A stretch of DNA of 64,000 bases, taken from positions 631,764 to 695,763 of the forward strand of contig NW_003314295.1 of assembly GCF_000143415.4 (NCBI RefSeq), read 5' to 3'. This DNA comes from Selaginella moellendorffii. Its lineage: Eukaryota; Plantae; Lycopodiophyta. The position numbers and the translations under genes were made by a program. Positions 36,400 through 49,256 of this stretch are shown here, one piece after another. The notes under the pieces are model-generated. The model was not told the DNA's origin and did no database searches. It worked only from the letters and a program-made list of their open reading frames with translations. How positions within the stretch are numbered: the first letter of the stretch is position 1; each line of letters begins with the position of its first letter.

Positions 36400-37478
36400 A
36401 GTACTTAACATTAAGTTTATGAGAGTTTTTTGCACTAAAGTCCATACCAATATCTTCACCAACAAAAGAAAAGTGATGCTTTGAGCAAATAATTTTCATA
36501 TCACCAATAAAAGCCTGGGGAGTGTACTCCATAGATGTGTTGTAGACCACTTCCTCGGGTGGGTGGAGTCAACTTTCTCTTCATCCTATCATGTAACATT
36601 TCAACAAAAGGCCTTATTCCCACATATCCTCTTTCCTCAAATGCCAACACTTTTAAAGACTACTTTATAGTGTGTATCAAATTTGATAGATACGCTTTGT
36701 ATAAACTTATTTTCCCTATCCTTGCCTCAAAAGAACATTAGCTCTAGTGCTTACTTTTGGAGAGATTCACAGTTGAGGTGTATGTGAGGTCCTCAAGTAG
36801 TTGATCTTAATGGAAAAGATGATATTAAGAGGCAATAAAATGAGAAGAAAAGATAGAAATCAACTTGAAGAGAGTGATGTCCCCATTGGAACATCTTAAC
36901 TTTCCACCACCCTAACCATAACTCAAGTTGAGGTAGGCAACTTGTGTTTGCATGGCCATCTTTACGCCACCACATCTAAATTTCATTTGCTTTTGCATTG
37001 TGCTCTTTTTAGAGGATGTAGTTTGCCATTGTTTACACAATTCCTTAAACACTAATTAAAACTTTAGCTTGATAAGATGGTAGTGTTGGTTTAGGCTCTG
37101 TGCCCAATGGAACTCATAAGTCCCCTTATGACATTCTATTGGTTGACCATTCCCAAAAACTGTTCAAACACCATTCCAATTTATATTAGTCCTATCTACC
37201 ATGAAATTACAAAAGTTTGCAAAATTACCAATCCATTTTAGCACAATATTGGAGAGGGACTTCCAAAATATTTCCTAGACTGTCTAGTCTTGTACTTTAA
37301 ACTCTATTGTCATAATTATCAAGTTATAATATAGCTTGTGAAAATATAAATATTATAACCATTTCAATATAATGAGAATAAAATTACCTTGGATGATACA
37401 TATAAGCTCCCATGGTTGTTCAACTTAATATGCACTTCAAATGGTCAAAATGTCCTCATGTATTTAGAAAGTCATTAG
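36400..37478 (-). pseudogene. MULE-like DDE transposase relic, C-terminal part
   Basis: Minus-strand traces GHFDHLKC..TTMGAYMY, VDRTNINWNGV..FGNG..EFHWAQSL and WLGWWKVKMFQWG resemble the FDHVKR / FMADSAQANWNAVR / FHWTQSL motifs I recall from MULE-like proteins of non-seed plants. Boundaries are approximate. Confidence 0.5.
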
Positions 37479-38689
37479 TGTAAACAACCAAAGGGAACGA
37501 CTTGAGAGACGATCTATAAGTTTCAAATATAGAGGGAAAGGGCCCATGAATAAGAATGCACCCCATTTTCCAATTAGTTAAGGGTCTTGGGATAACTGGG
37601 GTTAAATGTCCTTGGGTTTGAATAGTATTGAGCTTGAGTGACCTCTTAAAAAGTCCAAATTCAAGAGCTTATATTTAGTATCAGAACAGTTTCAGGTCCA
37701 ACTCTATTGGTTAGCTAGGGGAATCACACCATATATTAATGGGCATCTAGCAGGTCCAATTTGCTTTCGCTAGGCTTAACGTAAGGGGTAGGGTGTCAAG
37801 AGAGTGGGGTTCTCAAGAAAGCTGCAATTCTCAACTTCCATTCACAAAGGCGTGAACTTGTAAAGAAGCATAGTGGATTATAAGCAACCAAAGGAAATGG
37901 AGAAGGGAGAAAAATGCAAGCACGAGGATTCAAGCTTAGGAAAGTAAACTTGAGAGGTTCAAGGTTAAGACTGTATTCCTAACCTTGATGTAAGCAGTAG
38001 TGACTATAAAAGTAGGACTTAGAATGTTTTTAAACTTATCCTTAATACAAAATACATTGCAATATATCGTCATTCTGCCTATCTCTTTGGCTCTTCATGA
38101 CAATGGCAATGTCTTACTTACCCACCGCCTTCAAGGGATCAAAGGCGTGGGACTAGCACCTTCAAGCACATGTTCATAGTCTCTATTTAGCTTGGCACAA
38201 GCAGGTAAGTGCACTCTTCTTGTAGTGTAGTTTTAGATTTAGGGGATTTGAAACTCCTAAGAAGATCTCATGTGGACGTTTCCTCCCAGTTTAGAGATTC
38301 CAGGAGTTTTCATTGGCGACCATGGTGGGATACGGTGACATAAAGAGCTCATGGAATAGAGCAGACCAAGACGCTCATTTCCCCCAAAACTTCAAGGAAA
38401 ACGAACCAAAGACGCACAAGAAAATGGCATAGGAAGAAAAAGACCCAAAAATCAAGAAAAACAAGACCGTAAAATAAAAACGGTGGAAGATCATGAAGGC
38501 ATAAAGAAAAAAATGGAGTGTAAGACCAAAAGATGAAGAACACTTAAAGATTGAAGCCACCCAAGTCGTGGAAAACTTAGAGCGTATGCGTAACTGTTTT
38601 GGCGAGAGGTTGAAGAAAGTGAATATTCCAAGAATCTACAATAAGGAAACGACCAAGGGAAAATTCTAGCGGCTGGAGATGGAGGAAGA

Positions 38690-39832
38690 ATGAAAAAACA
38701 CAACTGCCCATTTGGTGACACAAGCTGTACAAGATACAAGGACTGCCTTTTGTGTGGTTTCAGAAATTGTGCAAAACCATACAAGCAATGCTATCTAAAA
38801 TGGCGATGCAACACTTGCAAGCAAGCAAAAGCAAAACTCCGAATTAGGGATGAAAATGCCACAGCGGAGGAGAGTAGGAAACGAGAAGAAATAGCCCAAG
38901 AAAACGACACTAAAAAGAGAGATGATAGTTTAGAACAAACAGTGAAACAAAGCTTCAGTTGCTTACAAAAACTTCAAGAAACAATTTTACGACTCTTTTA
39001 CAAATTGTTTAGCAAATAGGAAGAATGCAAAAATGAGGAAATGTTGAAAGAAAAATATGTTTACTTCGATTTCTTTCCAACTCGAAGAACCCTGACTTGG
39101 GTGTATCGTGGACACCTCTTTCAGCAAACAATTGTCGAATTCCTAGGCATACACAAACATAAAACTTTTCAACCATTAACGTTTGCTTTCAACACTGACT
39201 TGACGAGAGTCATAGCATCAACAGAGTATGGAACCTTTGAACCACAAGTTCGTTGGTTTGTGGACACTCTTAGATTTAGAGATTTCGAAGAGAATGCGAA
39301 ATTACTTTACCGACTTCTTCAAAGTCCTCTTCGTGTAATACTACTAACAAGCACACTTATTGAACTATATACTATAGCATATTGGCACCGTTTAGGACGG
39401 ACGAGAATAGCTGGAGAATTAAGAAATCAAGAACAAGGCTATCAACAAATTCAAATTCGGAATTCGAGTTTGAGAAACCAATGGGAACCTGAACTTGAGT
39501 CAAGTTCAAGGGGACGACTTGAAAACTCAAGGATAACAAGTCAAAGGAGGAGAGATTTAAGACAGAATCACAATAGGCAAAGATTAAATACAGTAACAAA
39601 TTTCAACTTTGACACTGAGGTCCAACGTCGAAACCCCAGCCTAGAGCTACATATTACTCGCAACCAACAAAGAAGAGTGCATCCAAGTAGTCTCAACATT
39701 TTAAGGAGTATTTTAGGAGATCTTGCGTCAAGGATTCAAACTTATAATGCAAGAGTATTAATTAAGACTATCCTTTGGGAAGTTCGTGAAGCGATCGACT
39801 CTGATTGTGAGAGAGAACGCGCTATACGATAG
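38690..39832 (+). pseudogene. Extra ORF region upstream of gag (Cys-rich ORF 38690-39019 and same-frame ORF 39041-39832), unknown function
   Basis: It lies between the PBS and gag. Cys pattern CPFGDTSC..YKDCLLC..RNC....QC....RCNTC. Scattered in-frame stops. Confidence 0.5.
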
Positions 39833-40959
39833 AGGGAAGTAGAACACCACCAGCAAGAACAGCATCAGGGAAATGCACCATCACAAAATCAACTATAGAG
39901 AAAAGCGTGCTGGATAAATCCGTGCACACATATGCTTAAAGCAACAAGAATCTGTTGGAAACTATACTGTGACGTGTGGACGTCATTAGAGACTAGAAAC
40001 ATACGAGAATTAGGACATTAAAAATATAACCATTGCTGTATTCAACATTTTCAAATATTACCAACGACTGGGAAACACAAAAGCTCATAGTGAGAGCTTG
40101 CATTCCAAAACAACCAACACATTGTAAGAGATTAAAACAATTGTTCAAGATTGGACTACTAGAAAGAATTGCAATCATTTGCATACCTGCTTGATCTCGC
40201 AGTTGGTGAGCAGTTTCCAAATTTACTAGCGAACAGCTATATTGATCAATTTATGACACAACTGACCTCCTTCCACAAACAAAATCGTACTTACTTCCAC
40301 CACCAGATTTTTCAAATACAAGACCTTTCTTGAGCTAGACTCAGGAAAGTGACCTCGAGAAGAAACTCGGGAAGAATTGAGAAAGAAAAAAAAAACTTGA
40401 TTGAAAACTCAAGATACAAGAGCTTGACTTCGCAACAAAACCAAATTTGTAGAAGACTCAAGACACAAGAGCTTGACTTCACATTTATACAACAAAATCA
40501 AACATGTAGAAGACTCAAGACATAAGAACTTAACTTTGCAATTTATGAAGAACAACATTTGACTCAAAACACTTAGGCAAAACATAAATTCAAGAAACTT
40601 ACCTCAACATTCAAGTTGAGAAAACTCAGCAAACTGAATGTACAAACATAAACTAGACCCAATCAAGATCCGGGAAAGAAATCTTCAACAAAAGAATCAA
40701 AAAGTGAAAAGGGAAGAGATAGAAAAAGAGAAACTACAATAACAACAACAACAAATTTTAGAAACAATATTAGAGAAGTACGACAAGGAGGATAAAGAAA
40801 TTCAAGTTGCCGAGTCGAGCAACTCAGCCAAAGATAACAAAGAACTAAATATTGAAGGTGCCCCAGAGTTTGAGGCATTTGAAGAAGCAGAATATATAGC
40901 ACCAAAGTTTTACTCCATTCCAGACTCACCAGAACAACAACTTCACCAACAAAGTCTAC

Positions 40960-43277
40960 AACTTCAAATGGCAATCATCAACCCAGCGACAACCATAGGG
41001 AACATGATTTCCTATCCCATTTTTACTGGTGGAAAAACTGAAGATGCAAACTAGCATCTTAAACAATTTGATCAAATTGTAAAGATGAACAAACAGGAAA
41101 TGCATCGAGAAATACTTTTCCCATACACACTTAAAGGAAAAGCACTCAATTGGCATAATACACTCGATGATGCTTTGACCCATGATGAAAAGGTCACACA
41201 ATTTAAGGAGCAATTCTAGACCGGTGGAACTCCAGAAGAACACTATGAGATCATTAAAAACTTCAAGCAAAAATCATGTGAAGGAATTCAAGAATACACT
41301 CGAAGATTTAAGTTTCATGCAAAGCGCTGCAAGGATTTGATAACAGATAAAGGAAAGAGCTTATCCTATATCCAAGGACTAAAAGAAATCTATAGAAACA
41401 TGGTAGCAATTGCTGCTGCAACAGAGAATCCAGATGATGAAAATGTTGATACACTCTCCAAAGAAATCCTCATATTGGAAAAGCGATTCAAGCAATTCAC
41501 AAAAGCTATACCTTCACAAACCGATGACGGTTCAAATGATGAAGAAGAGGAAGAAATATGCATTAAGACAAAGAAGAAAACACCAAAAGACCAAGACTTA
41601 AAGGATATAATCAGGAAAATCTCACAAACCAAACTCAAAGCAGGAGTGTGGTGTATAAAGTGTAAAAACGAGGGACATACATATTTGGAATGCAAATTAC
41701 AACTACCAAAGTGTTAGATTTGTGAAAGAGAAGGCCATACAGCCAAAAAATGCCGATACAGGAATACAATGGAAGTTTCAAGAATTGAGAATGCTCCTTG
41801 TCAAGAGCCCAATCCTCAATATCAAGGAAACTGGAATCAAAATGCACGACCACCATGAAATCAACCTCCAAGATACAACAATTATTATCAACGTGATGAT
41901 AATTTGTATAATCAAAGACAAAACTATTACCAGCGAGACAATAGCAACTACAATAGAATACCCCCTCAAGATCAAAGACCAAACAACTATACTAGAAATT
42001 ATGGAAGAAACTACAATACATATCAGCAACGTGATAGACCTCATGACAACTACCAACGTCCTCCCCCACGAAATTACAATTATGATCAAGAACCATATCA
42101 AAATTATAATCAAAGACCACCCCAGGCTCAAGGTTACAATTACAACTAGCAACTTGCACCGCAACAAGATAATCGTCCTTGACAACCTTACCAAAATGCA
42201 AATCGTGAAAATAACCAAGGAGTAAACAATCAGGTTCCGAGGCCAAGACCACCAGCAGCACGGAATGTTGAGGTGGAAATTGACGAACCACAAACTTTTG
42301 AAAAACCAGCAATACGAACTATCACAAGACAACAATACAAGTGTCAGCAACTAGATAATCTGGAAGAATAAAATTACAATGATGAAGTTGAAATTATTCT
42401 AGAAACCGAATGGAAGAAAAGCAAGAAAATACTTCAAGCAATTCAGGCTGAATTGCAGGAACAAGAACCGCAGGTTATTGAAGACCATGACAAACCATCC
42501 AATGATCAACAAACAACAAGTTTCTCTGAAGAAGAGCACACCTCACTTGTAGAACAAATACTGCAACACGGAATCACATTAACCTTACAACAAATACTTC
42601 AAATAGCACCATATCTTAAGAGCCAAATACTTAAGATTTGTTGTCCACAAATTCCTGATGCTCGCACTCAAGAAAAGCAATTTCCTTTTAAATCTGGGAA
42701 AGAGGATAATGTAAAAATCCAACTTGGAGATTATGATGATAATGTACTATGTATTGACCTCAACATAGGCAAGAATCAAATCAATGGAGCAATACTCGAT
42801 GGAGGCTCAAGCGTGAATATAATCGAGCATGGTATATGTAAAGTAATGGGACTTGGACCCATACAACCTGCTCTTTTTGGTGTCCGCATGGTAGACCAAC
42901 ATGTTGTAAGACTAGCTGGCATAATACAAGATATCACCATTGGAATCAAAGGACACAAGTTCAAGATCAACTTCATGGTATTAAAAATGCCAATTGAAGA
43001 ATCCTCTTACGAACTCTTGCTTGGAAGACCATGGCTAAACAAAGCAGTTTATGCTTAATATTGGATGGACCATGAAATTTGTATACAATTGGACAAAGGA
43101 CAAACGAAAATAGCTACAACTACAACCAGGAAAATTCCGAAAAGATTTCAACCAATTCAAGCCTAAGAATACAATTGGCAAGAAGGTTTGGACGACCTTG
43201 AAGAAACCAAACTCTTTGAAGCTTACCCAGAGCTACGAGCTTTTCAAGAAATCGATTTACACCATGTACTACCAGTA
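40960..43277 (+). pseudogene. gag (two CCHC knuckles, Q/N/Y/P-rich tract) and aspartic protease of the non-chromoviral element
   Basis: WCIKCKNEGHTYLEC and KC*ICEREGHTAKKC; protease AILDGGSSVNII...LLLGRPWL. Stops and frameshifts are present, and it is interrupted at 43277. Confidence 0.8.
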
Positions 43278-44424
43278 TGTAAGGAACCAACTCGCCGAGG
43301 TGTCGTAGGCTAAGGGAACCCCGAAAGCATGACCAAAATGACAAAGAGTTCATCGGATGGGACCAAGTCAAAGATCGAGTCCAAGACCGACTCTAGGACC
43401 GAGTTCGAGATAGAGTCCGGAATCGAGTCCAAGACCGACTCGGGGACCGAGTTCGAGTCCGAGTTCGAGACCGAGTTCGAGACGGAGTCCGAGATCCGAA
43501 ATCGGGTCCGAGACCGAGTCCGAAGTCGAGTCCGAGGTCGGGCCCGAGATCGGGTCCGAGATCGAGTCCGCGATCGAGTCCGAGACCGAATCCGAAGTCG
43601 GATCCGAAATCGGATCCGAGATCGAGCCAGAGACTAAGTCCAAATACTAATACGGGTCAAGGGGTGAAAGCCCAAAGCGTGCGTCCCCCAGGGGGGGGGG
43701 GCTGCAGGGGGTTCCAAAAGTATAGTAGGGATAGTGAGGTCCAGGAACCAGTTTTGAAGGGACTCTCCAGTTGGGCTTCCAAACCGACTTGAGGTTGGGA
43801 TTGGGACTAAGGGGCCTTGGGTGGGAGTGAGCATGGACTTGGCTGGTGCCGGAGGGGCCATCCAAGGAAGTGCTCAAGAGCAGCTCCCACTCCCGAAAGG
43901 GAAACCGATTGCGGTGCTCCCGGCTCATGTGGAGTGGTGCCCCACTTGAGTACCATGCGGCTCATTGGTCCTCGCCCTGCCTAGGGGCTTGGGCCTTCCT
44001 TCGGGATGGAAGTGGGGGGCGAGAGGTACCCATACCGGGCCGCTAGGCCACGGTGTTTCGCCCCGGCGTCCCGAAGCAAGTGTTGCACTCAAGACTTGGG
44101 ATTTAGAGGGTCCCATGATCAAGTCTTGTGGTACCAAAAGATGTTAGGAACCTGGAAGCTTGGTGTGCTTGGCTGCTTGTGCTTGCGGGGAGTGTAGCCG
44201 AACCTTAAGTCCAGTCTAACCCGGGGAGGGGGATTGGGAGTGATTTGGGAATCCGTGGATGGTGGCTAACACTCCGTTGCTCGTGCAGTGAGTAGCTGAG
44301 ACCAAGTAGGAGCTGGTACCATAGGCGAGAACCTTGGCAAGGGAACTTAGCAAAAGCCAAGGCGGTGTTGGACGGATAGGCGAGGTAAGCTGGCAAATTG
44401 GAAAGGAAAAATTTGTGGCTTACA
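43278..44424 (+). repeat. 5' LTR of the young chromovirus (CpG-rich hexamer array ~43370-43635)
   Basis: Near-identical to 49660-50806. I can see two C/T substitutions. Confidence 0.95.
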
Positions 44425-44483
44425 ATTTGGTATCGGAGCCTTTATCTCAGTTCTAGCGAAGGATAGAGGCGGATTGCTGGGAG

Positions 44484-47400
44484 ATGGCAAGGGCAGGGCG
44501 TAAGCGAACCCAGGCGGAGACGGAACCTCTGCCGGAGCTGGAGCCTCCGGTCGAACAAGAGGCTATGGATGAGGAATCCTTGCATGAGGAGGACTCTAGT
44601 GAGGAAACTTCCAAACAGGAGTCCAGTGGCGAGGTTCGGTCGTCCAAGGCTCGATTGGACGTGCTAGAAGGACAGTTGGCACAGACCAATGCCCTGCTGG
44701 AGACTCTCGTACGCAAGTTAAAGCGTGACGAGAAGCGGAAGAAAAAGCAAAAGACTGCGGATGCTGGCAGCGCAGAAGGTGCGGACCCTTCGGCAGGGAC
44801 TGAGGCAAAACCAGACAAGGTCAAACAGACCGAAGTGGAATCAGTCCCTCAGGCAGTTCCCAAGTACAAACCAAAGCCCCCACCGGTGTTCAAGGGAGTG
44901 AACGACTATAAGGTTGTGGAGGATTGGTTTTACGATATGGAGGACTACTTCCGAGCGTTGCGGTTACCGAGCTTGGAGAAGGTCCCATGTGCAAAACCAT
45001 ACTTGGCAGATAATGCCAAGTCTTGGTGGAGAACAACGGAGGCCAACGAAGGACCGGTGGCCACCTGGGACATGATGAAGGCGAGGATCCGCGCGATATA
45101 CGTTCCTCCGAATGCCACTCTGCATCTGAGAGATGAGTTGAGTAGGCTGAAGCAGACTGGAACCATCCAGGAATATGTGAATGGGTTCATGGCAAAGAGG
45201 ATACTTATCACGGACATGGGGGATATGGATGCGTTCCATGCCTTTATATCAGGTTTGCAAACCTGGGCTCGCGGTGAGGTGATGCGCTGGAACCCGACCA
45301 ACTACAAGGAAGCGTTGGATGCGGCCATCAAGGTGCATTTCAACGATAACCTGCGAAAGGGGAACACGACGGGGTCGGGATCCACGTTTCACAAAGGGGC
45401 CAAACCGAGGGGAACATATAACAAGGGGAAATTCAAGAAGAGTTTCTCTAAGAATGAGTCCTCGGGGTTCCGGAAAGGCAAATCCGGTGGCCAGCGAGCG
45501 AGTACGTGGGGAAGTCAAGCGAAAAAAGACAAACCCACGGATAAGAAGGTCAAGTCGTATAGCAGCGTGGGCAACAACGTATGCTACAACTGCGGCGAAG
45601 CGGGACACTTCTCGAGGGAATGTCCCTACCCGAAGAAGGCTAGAGCCAATATGGCCATCAAGTCGGGTGAAGTCCAAACTGAGGTATGTGATCCAGTCCC
45701 TAACTCAAAGTTACTCATTACACGAGCAACTTTGGTAGAGAGTCGTTCGCGACATCTACTAGCCCTCCGAGGGAAGCTCGGAGGTAGCTTTGTTAAGATC
45801 CTTATTGACACGGGTGCTTCGGATAATTTTGTGGCTGCAGACATAGTCCGGCAAGCCGGACTAACGGTGCAGCGGCTAGGCGAACCAAGGACTATAGAGT
45901 TTGTTCAAGGTAGCCAAAGCACCGATGAGGTACTTCGACAAGCGAGAGTCGAAGTGGGGACATGGAAAGTGGACATGGATTTCACCGTCTTGGACATGGC
46001 GGGATTTGACGTGATCTTCGGAATGGATTGGTTTAATCGGTTCGTGGTAGCCCTACATGGACAAGGTAGGAACCTTGTGGTATTGGCGAATGCCCAAGGA
46101 AGAAGATCTAGGGTGGAGGCCCAGGATCTAAAGGTAGGGCGAAGCAAGGCCAAAGAGTCATGCTTAAACCTGGTGTCCACGAGAGGACAACTCACTAAAG
46201 GAACTAAGGCAGCCTTTTTGTGCTTACTCTCGGTGAAGAGTGACAAAAAGACAAGAACGGAAGAAGTACCTTTAGTGATCCAGCAGGTGCTGGACCAATT
46301 CCAGGATACGATGCCGGAGGAGCTACCGGCGGGGTTGCCCCCCACACGACCGATAGAACATAAGATTGAGCTGGTCGAGGGTGCTGAGGCGGTGGTTCGT
46401 CCACCCTATCGATTGAACGAAAAAGAACTCAAGGAGCTCAAGAGCCAACTAGAGGAGTTGGTGGACAAAGGGTATGTTAGGTTGAGCAAGTCGCCGTATG
46501 GGGCGCCGGTGCTATTTGTGAAAAAGAAAGATGGATCTATGCGCATGTGCATAGACTACCGGTTGCTCAACAAGTATACCAAGAAGAACAAGTACCCTTT
46601 GCCAAGGATCGAGGACCTGTTCGATAGGTTGGGAAAGGCAAAATACTTCTCGAGGATTGACCTAAGGTCAGGATACTACCAGATCAGGGTAGCTGAGGAA
46701 GATGTCGAGAAGACAACCTGTCGAACGAGGTATGGGAGCTTTGAGTTTTTGGTGATGCCCTTTGGGCTGTGCAATGCGCCGGCAACGTTTTCGGCGTTGA
46801 TGAACCACATCTTTGTACCCTATCTGGATCGCTTCGTGGTCGTCTATATTGACGACATCCTGATCTATAGCGAGACGCTAGAGGAGCATGCCGAACACTT
46901 GGCGAAGGTGTTTGAGAAACTAAGGGAACACAAACTGTATGCTAAAGAGAGCAAATGTGACTTTGCTCAACAAGAGGTAAAGTTTCTCGGGCATGTGGTG
47001 GGCCAGGACGGGCTCAAGGTGGACCCGGAGAAGGTCCAAGCGATCCAGGAATGGGAATGACCATCGAATGTACATGAGTTGAGGGCGTTCCTAGGGCTAT
47101 GCAACTACTATCGAAAGTTTATCAGACACTATTCGAGAGTAGCCCTGCCCTTAACGGACCAAACAGGAAAAGGGAAGATGGTATGGACAGCGGAATGCGA
47201 GGCGGCATTCGTCCACCTCAAGGGGAAGTTGAGGAAGGCTCCGGTGTTGGCATTACCAGACTTTGGTAAAGACTTTGAGGTAGACACGGATGCTTCGGAC
47301 TTTGCGTTGGGCGCAGTTTTGAAGCAAGACAACCATCCAGTAGCGTTCTTCTCGAAGAAGCTGGACAAGGCTCAACGAAAGTGGCCTGCCCACGAGAAGG

Positions 47401-49256
47401 AATTGTTTGCGGTGGTCAAGGCGCTCAAGGAGTGGCGACACTACCTTGGGAGACACTTCAAGGTTTACACGGACAATGTGGCAACGAAACACTTCTTGTC
47501 ACAGCCCGACCTAAGGGGAAAACAAGGTCGGTGGGCCAATGCTTTGGCCGAGTTTGATTGCGAGATCCTGTACAAGCCTGGGAAGAGCAACATCGTGGCA
47601 GATGCGCTAAGTCGAAAAGCGAGCTTGAAGTTGGCGATATCTAGCGCAACAGCAACCTTTTGGGACGATGTGCGGACCGCATACGAGAGTGATGGTCTAG
47701 CACAAGAAGTGTTGCTGAGGAATCTGGAGGCGCGGGAAGCTCACCAGAGAGGTGAGCTGCCAACGGAAGAGAAAACGGGCTATGCGGAACGCAACGGACT
47801 CATATATTACAAGCAAACGAGGGTGTATGTTCCAGAAGGGGAACTAAGGAAAGTAGCCTTGGAAGAGTGTCATGACGGACCTCTCGCGGGACACGGCGGA
47901 GTGCCCAAGACGATGGGCTTACTCAAAAGGAAGTATCACTGGCCAGATATGGCTAAGGACGTCCAAGACTATGTAAAGACATGTCCAACATGTCAGCAGG
48001 TCAAAGCCGTGACGAAGGCTAGTGGGGGCTTGTTGCAAAGCATCCCCATTCCAGATCGTCCGTGGAAATGTCTCACGATGGACTTCATCACGGGACTACC
48101 CCCAAGCGAGGGGTTCGATGCGATATTCGTGGTGGTGGACCGATTTTCAAAGATGGCACATTTCATACCCACCACAACGGATGTGGATGCGGAAGGTGTG
48201 GCGAAGCTGTTCTTCGAACAAGTGGTTCGAGTGCGGGGAAGGCCGGAAGAGATTATCTCAGATCGAGATAAGATCTTCACCAGTAGGTTCTGGAGGACAC
48301 TCCTAAAACAGTATCGCACCAAGTTGAAATTCAGCACGGCCTATCACCCACAGACAGGTAATGGGTATTGAGTCAAGATTGATGGCACTAACACTTCTTG
48401 ACAGACGGACAAACGGAAAGGGTGAATAGGCAGCTGGAGGATTATTTGCGATGCTATGTCTCGGGAGACCAGACCGACTGGGTAAGTCATTTGGGACTTG
48501 CGGAAATGTGTTATAACAACTCACCACATTCGAGCATCGGGGTGAGTCCATGGGAAGTCATCAATGGGCGAGCTATTGAAGGTCCTGTGGAACTCGGTGT
48601 GGCCGAGTATCATGGAGAGTTACCCGCAGTGGAGGCATTCACGGCGGAAAAACTCAACATTTGGAATCTAGTGAGGGATTCCTTGGAACGGGCTCAACAA
48701 AGGCAAACTAAGTACGCAAACCAAAAGCGTCGAGATGTGGAGTTCCAAGCTGGGGAGAAGGTGTGGCTGAACACCAAGAACCTCAGGCTACCAAGTGGGA
48801 TCAGCCGGAAGTTGACCCAAAGGTAAAAATGCATGTATTCCTGTAAATGAATTGATCTTGAGTTCCTTAAGCAGGTTCGCGGGGCCTTACGAGATTGAGG
48901 CTCGAATCGGTAAAGTGGCTTACCGTCTCCGACTTCCTCGGGAGATGGGGAAGATGCATCCCGTGTTCCACGTGAACTTACTCAAGCCGTATTTTGAGGA
49001 TCCTCTTCGCAAGGACCAAGTAAGACCTTTACCTGAGGTTATCCAAGGGGAGGAGGAATACGAAGTCGAGGCCATCCTCAATGCGCGCAAGAGCAAGCGA
49101 CACGGACGCGAGGTGAGAGAGTTCCATGTGAAGTGGAAAGGATTTCCACACTGCGAAGCAACATGGGAACCGGAGGAGAACCTAGCGAACGCGCGAGATC
49201 TAGTGGAGGAATTTCTGCATGGCAGAACTCTATGTACTTATGCAAAGTTCAATTAA
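44484..49256 (+). CDS. Gag-Pol polyprotein with one in-frame TGA (47058-47060) and two predicted introns in integrase (48358-48404, 48823-48874)
   Basis: [14 protein letters not shown] knuckle, LIDTGAS protease, YIDD RT, TDASD RNase H, HHCC and MDFITGLP...SDRD...QTER integrase, GPY motif, and chromodomain YEVEAIL...VKWKGF...TWEPEENL. Confidence 0.9.
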
